In this document: piece after piece, positions 5,539 to 6,522 of the stretch | Numbering within the stretch: the stretch's first letter is position 1 | Layout: the number at the start of each line of letters is the position of its first letter | IMG/VR virus record: IMGVR_UViG_2534681912_000007 | Length of the DNA: 6,522 nucleotides | From: a virus | Lineage: Duplodnaviria > Heunggongvirae > Uroviricota > Caudoviricetes | Reading direction: 5' to 3' (one strand) | The notes under the pieces: generated by a model | Database searches by the model: none | Seen by the model: the letters and a program-made list of their open reading frames with translations, nothing else | Told to the model about the DNA's origin: nothing | Translations under genes and position numbers: made by a program

Positions 5539-6522
5539 TCAGCTGATACTGATGCCTGCGGTGGCTTTCTTCATCACCACAACCAGCAAATCGCTGATAC
5601 TTGCTGTGGGATACCAGCCATTTACCCACCATGCTGATACAGAAAACTCCAGCGTCATGTCGCCGCGACCAGCAGGCATATCAATAACACCACTGTAAAT
5701 CAGCGTATTATCCAGCGCGGTACGGTTATAAATTTCAGCACCGTTTTTCCGTACTATCAGGCGGCATGACGAATAAATATCGTTATTCTCCCGCTCATGT
5801 TTAGCGCCGCTGAATGCCACCGCCGGAATAACAATTTGCCTGTCAAAAGGCTGATCGTCATAAATCCTGACGGTAATGGTCCCTGATGGCCACCGCTCCG
5901 GTGCCCGGGAGTCCCGCGGAAAAGCCTTACCCACTGTTTTGACTATATCGCCTTCAATCTGGTTGGCTGACAGTTTCCCCTTAATCTGACAGTTCTCATT
6001 AATTGTGACATTGTTGAGCGTCCCGGCGTTCGCATTCACACTGCCACTGATATCTGCATTTTTAGCGGTCAGTTTTCCGTCCGGTGTCAGGGAAAATGCC
6101 GGAGGATTACCGCCGCTGGTAATGGTGGGAGCCGTCAGGCGTTTCAGGAACACGTCGTTCATGAATATCTGATCGCCCTGACCAACAAACATCGGCTTTG
6201 TGTTGCCATTCGCAGGATTAATCATCGCAATCCTGTCTGCCGCCAGCAGCACCTGACTCTGCATTCCTGCTGGCGTATTCTCAATACCGGCACCGATACC
6301 CGCAATATAAAGGCGTCCGTCCTGCATCTGCTGCAGCTTCACAGCCCACATGCTGTTCAGATTATTATTTGTATCAACCTGAACCTTCTGTATCTGCTGG
6401 ATTGCCGCACTCTGATTTTCCAGTTTTTTATTGACGGTCTGCGTGATTTCATTGCTGACATCCGTAATGGACGTCCTGATTTCAGCCAGGTCAGGCGCAA
6501 GCTGACCGTTATCAATCTGCGT
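5539..6522 (-). CDS. J: Tail tip host-specificity protein J (central tail fibre), C-terminal ~327 codons; 5' part lies beyond the window end
   Basis: The frame stays open from the window edge at 6522 ([161 protein letters not shown]...) to the stop at 5539. This matches the C-terminal region of lambda J as recalled, in the canonical J-lom-stf-tfa order. The Met at 6351 in the ORF track is internal, not the true start. Confidence 0.95.
   Translation of the reverse strand, partial: TQIDNGQLAPDLAEIRTSITDVSNEITQTVNKKLENQSAAIQQIQKVQVDTNNNLNSMWAVKLQQMQDGRLYIAGIGAGIENTPAGMQSQVLLAADRIAMINPANGNTKPMFVGQGDQIFMNDVFLKRLTAPTITSGGNPPAFSLTPDGKLTAKNADISGSVNANAGTLNNVTINENCQIKGKLSANQIEGDIVKTVGKAFPRDSRAPERWPSGTITVRIYDDQPFDRQIVIPAVAFSGAKHERENNDIYSSCRLIVRKNGAEIYNRTALDNTLIYSGVIDMPAGRGDMTLEFSVSAWWVNGWYPTASISDLLVVVMKKATAGISIS

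Noticed and set aside
4869-5546. 225-aa + strand ORF
   Set aside because: It is exactly antisense to lom, which has a strong lambda Lom match and a signal peptide. It also overlaps the J-lom terminator region.

Overview
This window is the distal tail-fibre end of a lambda-like prophage late operon, read on the minus strand: the C-terminal part of host-specificity protein J (5539..6522, runs off the window), lom (4872..5471), a 1008-aa mosaic side tail fibre stf (1694..4720) and tail fibre assembly gene tfa (1110..1694). Hairpin plus T-run terminators follow J and lom. Downstream of tfa is a convergently oriented, visibly AT-rich cargo gene (387..1055, + strand) encoding a 222-aa class I SAM-dependent methyltransferase of unknown substrate. 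Beyond it lies a remnant of a second tfa gene (106..330) whose 3' end is cut by the left end of an IS3-family insertion sequence (1..134, transposase OrfA start at 80). Most other ORFs in the six-frame track are frame or antisense shadows of stf, tfa and lom. The methyltransferase moron is the best candidate for something undescribed, but its function cannot be determined from sequence alone. All homology statements are from recollection of lambda and IS protein sequences, not from a search.
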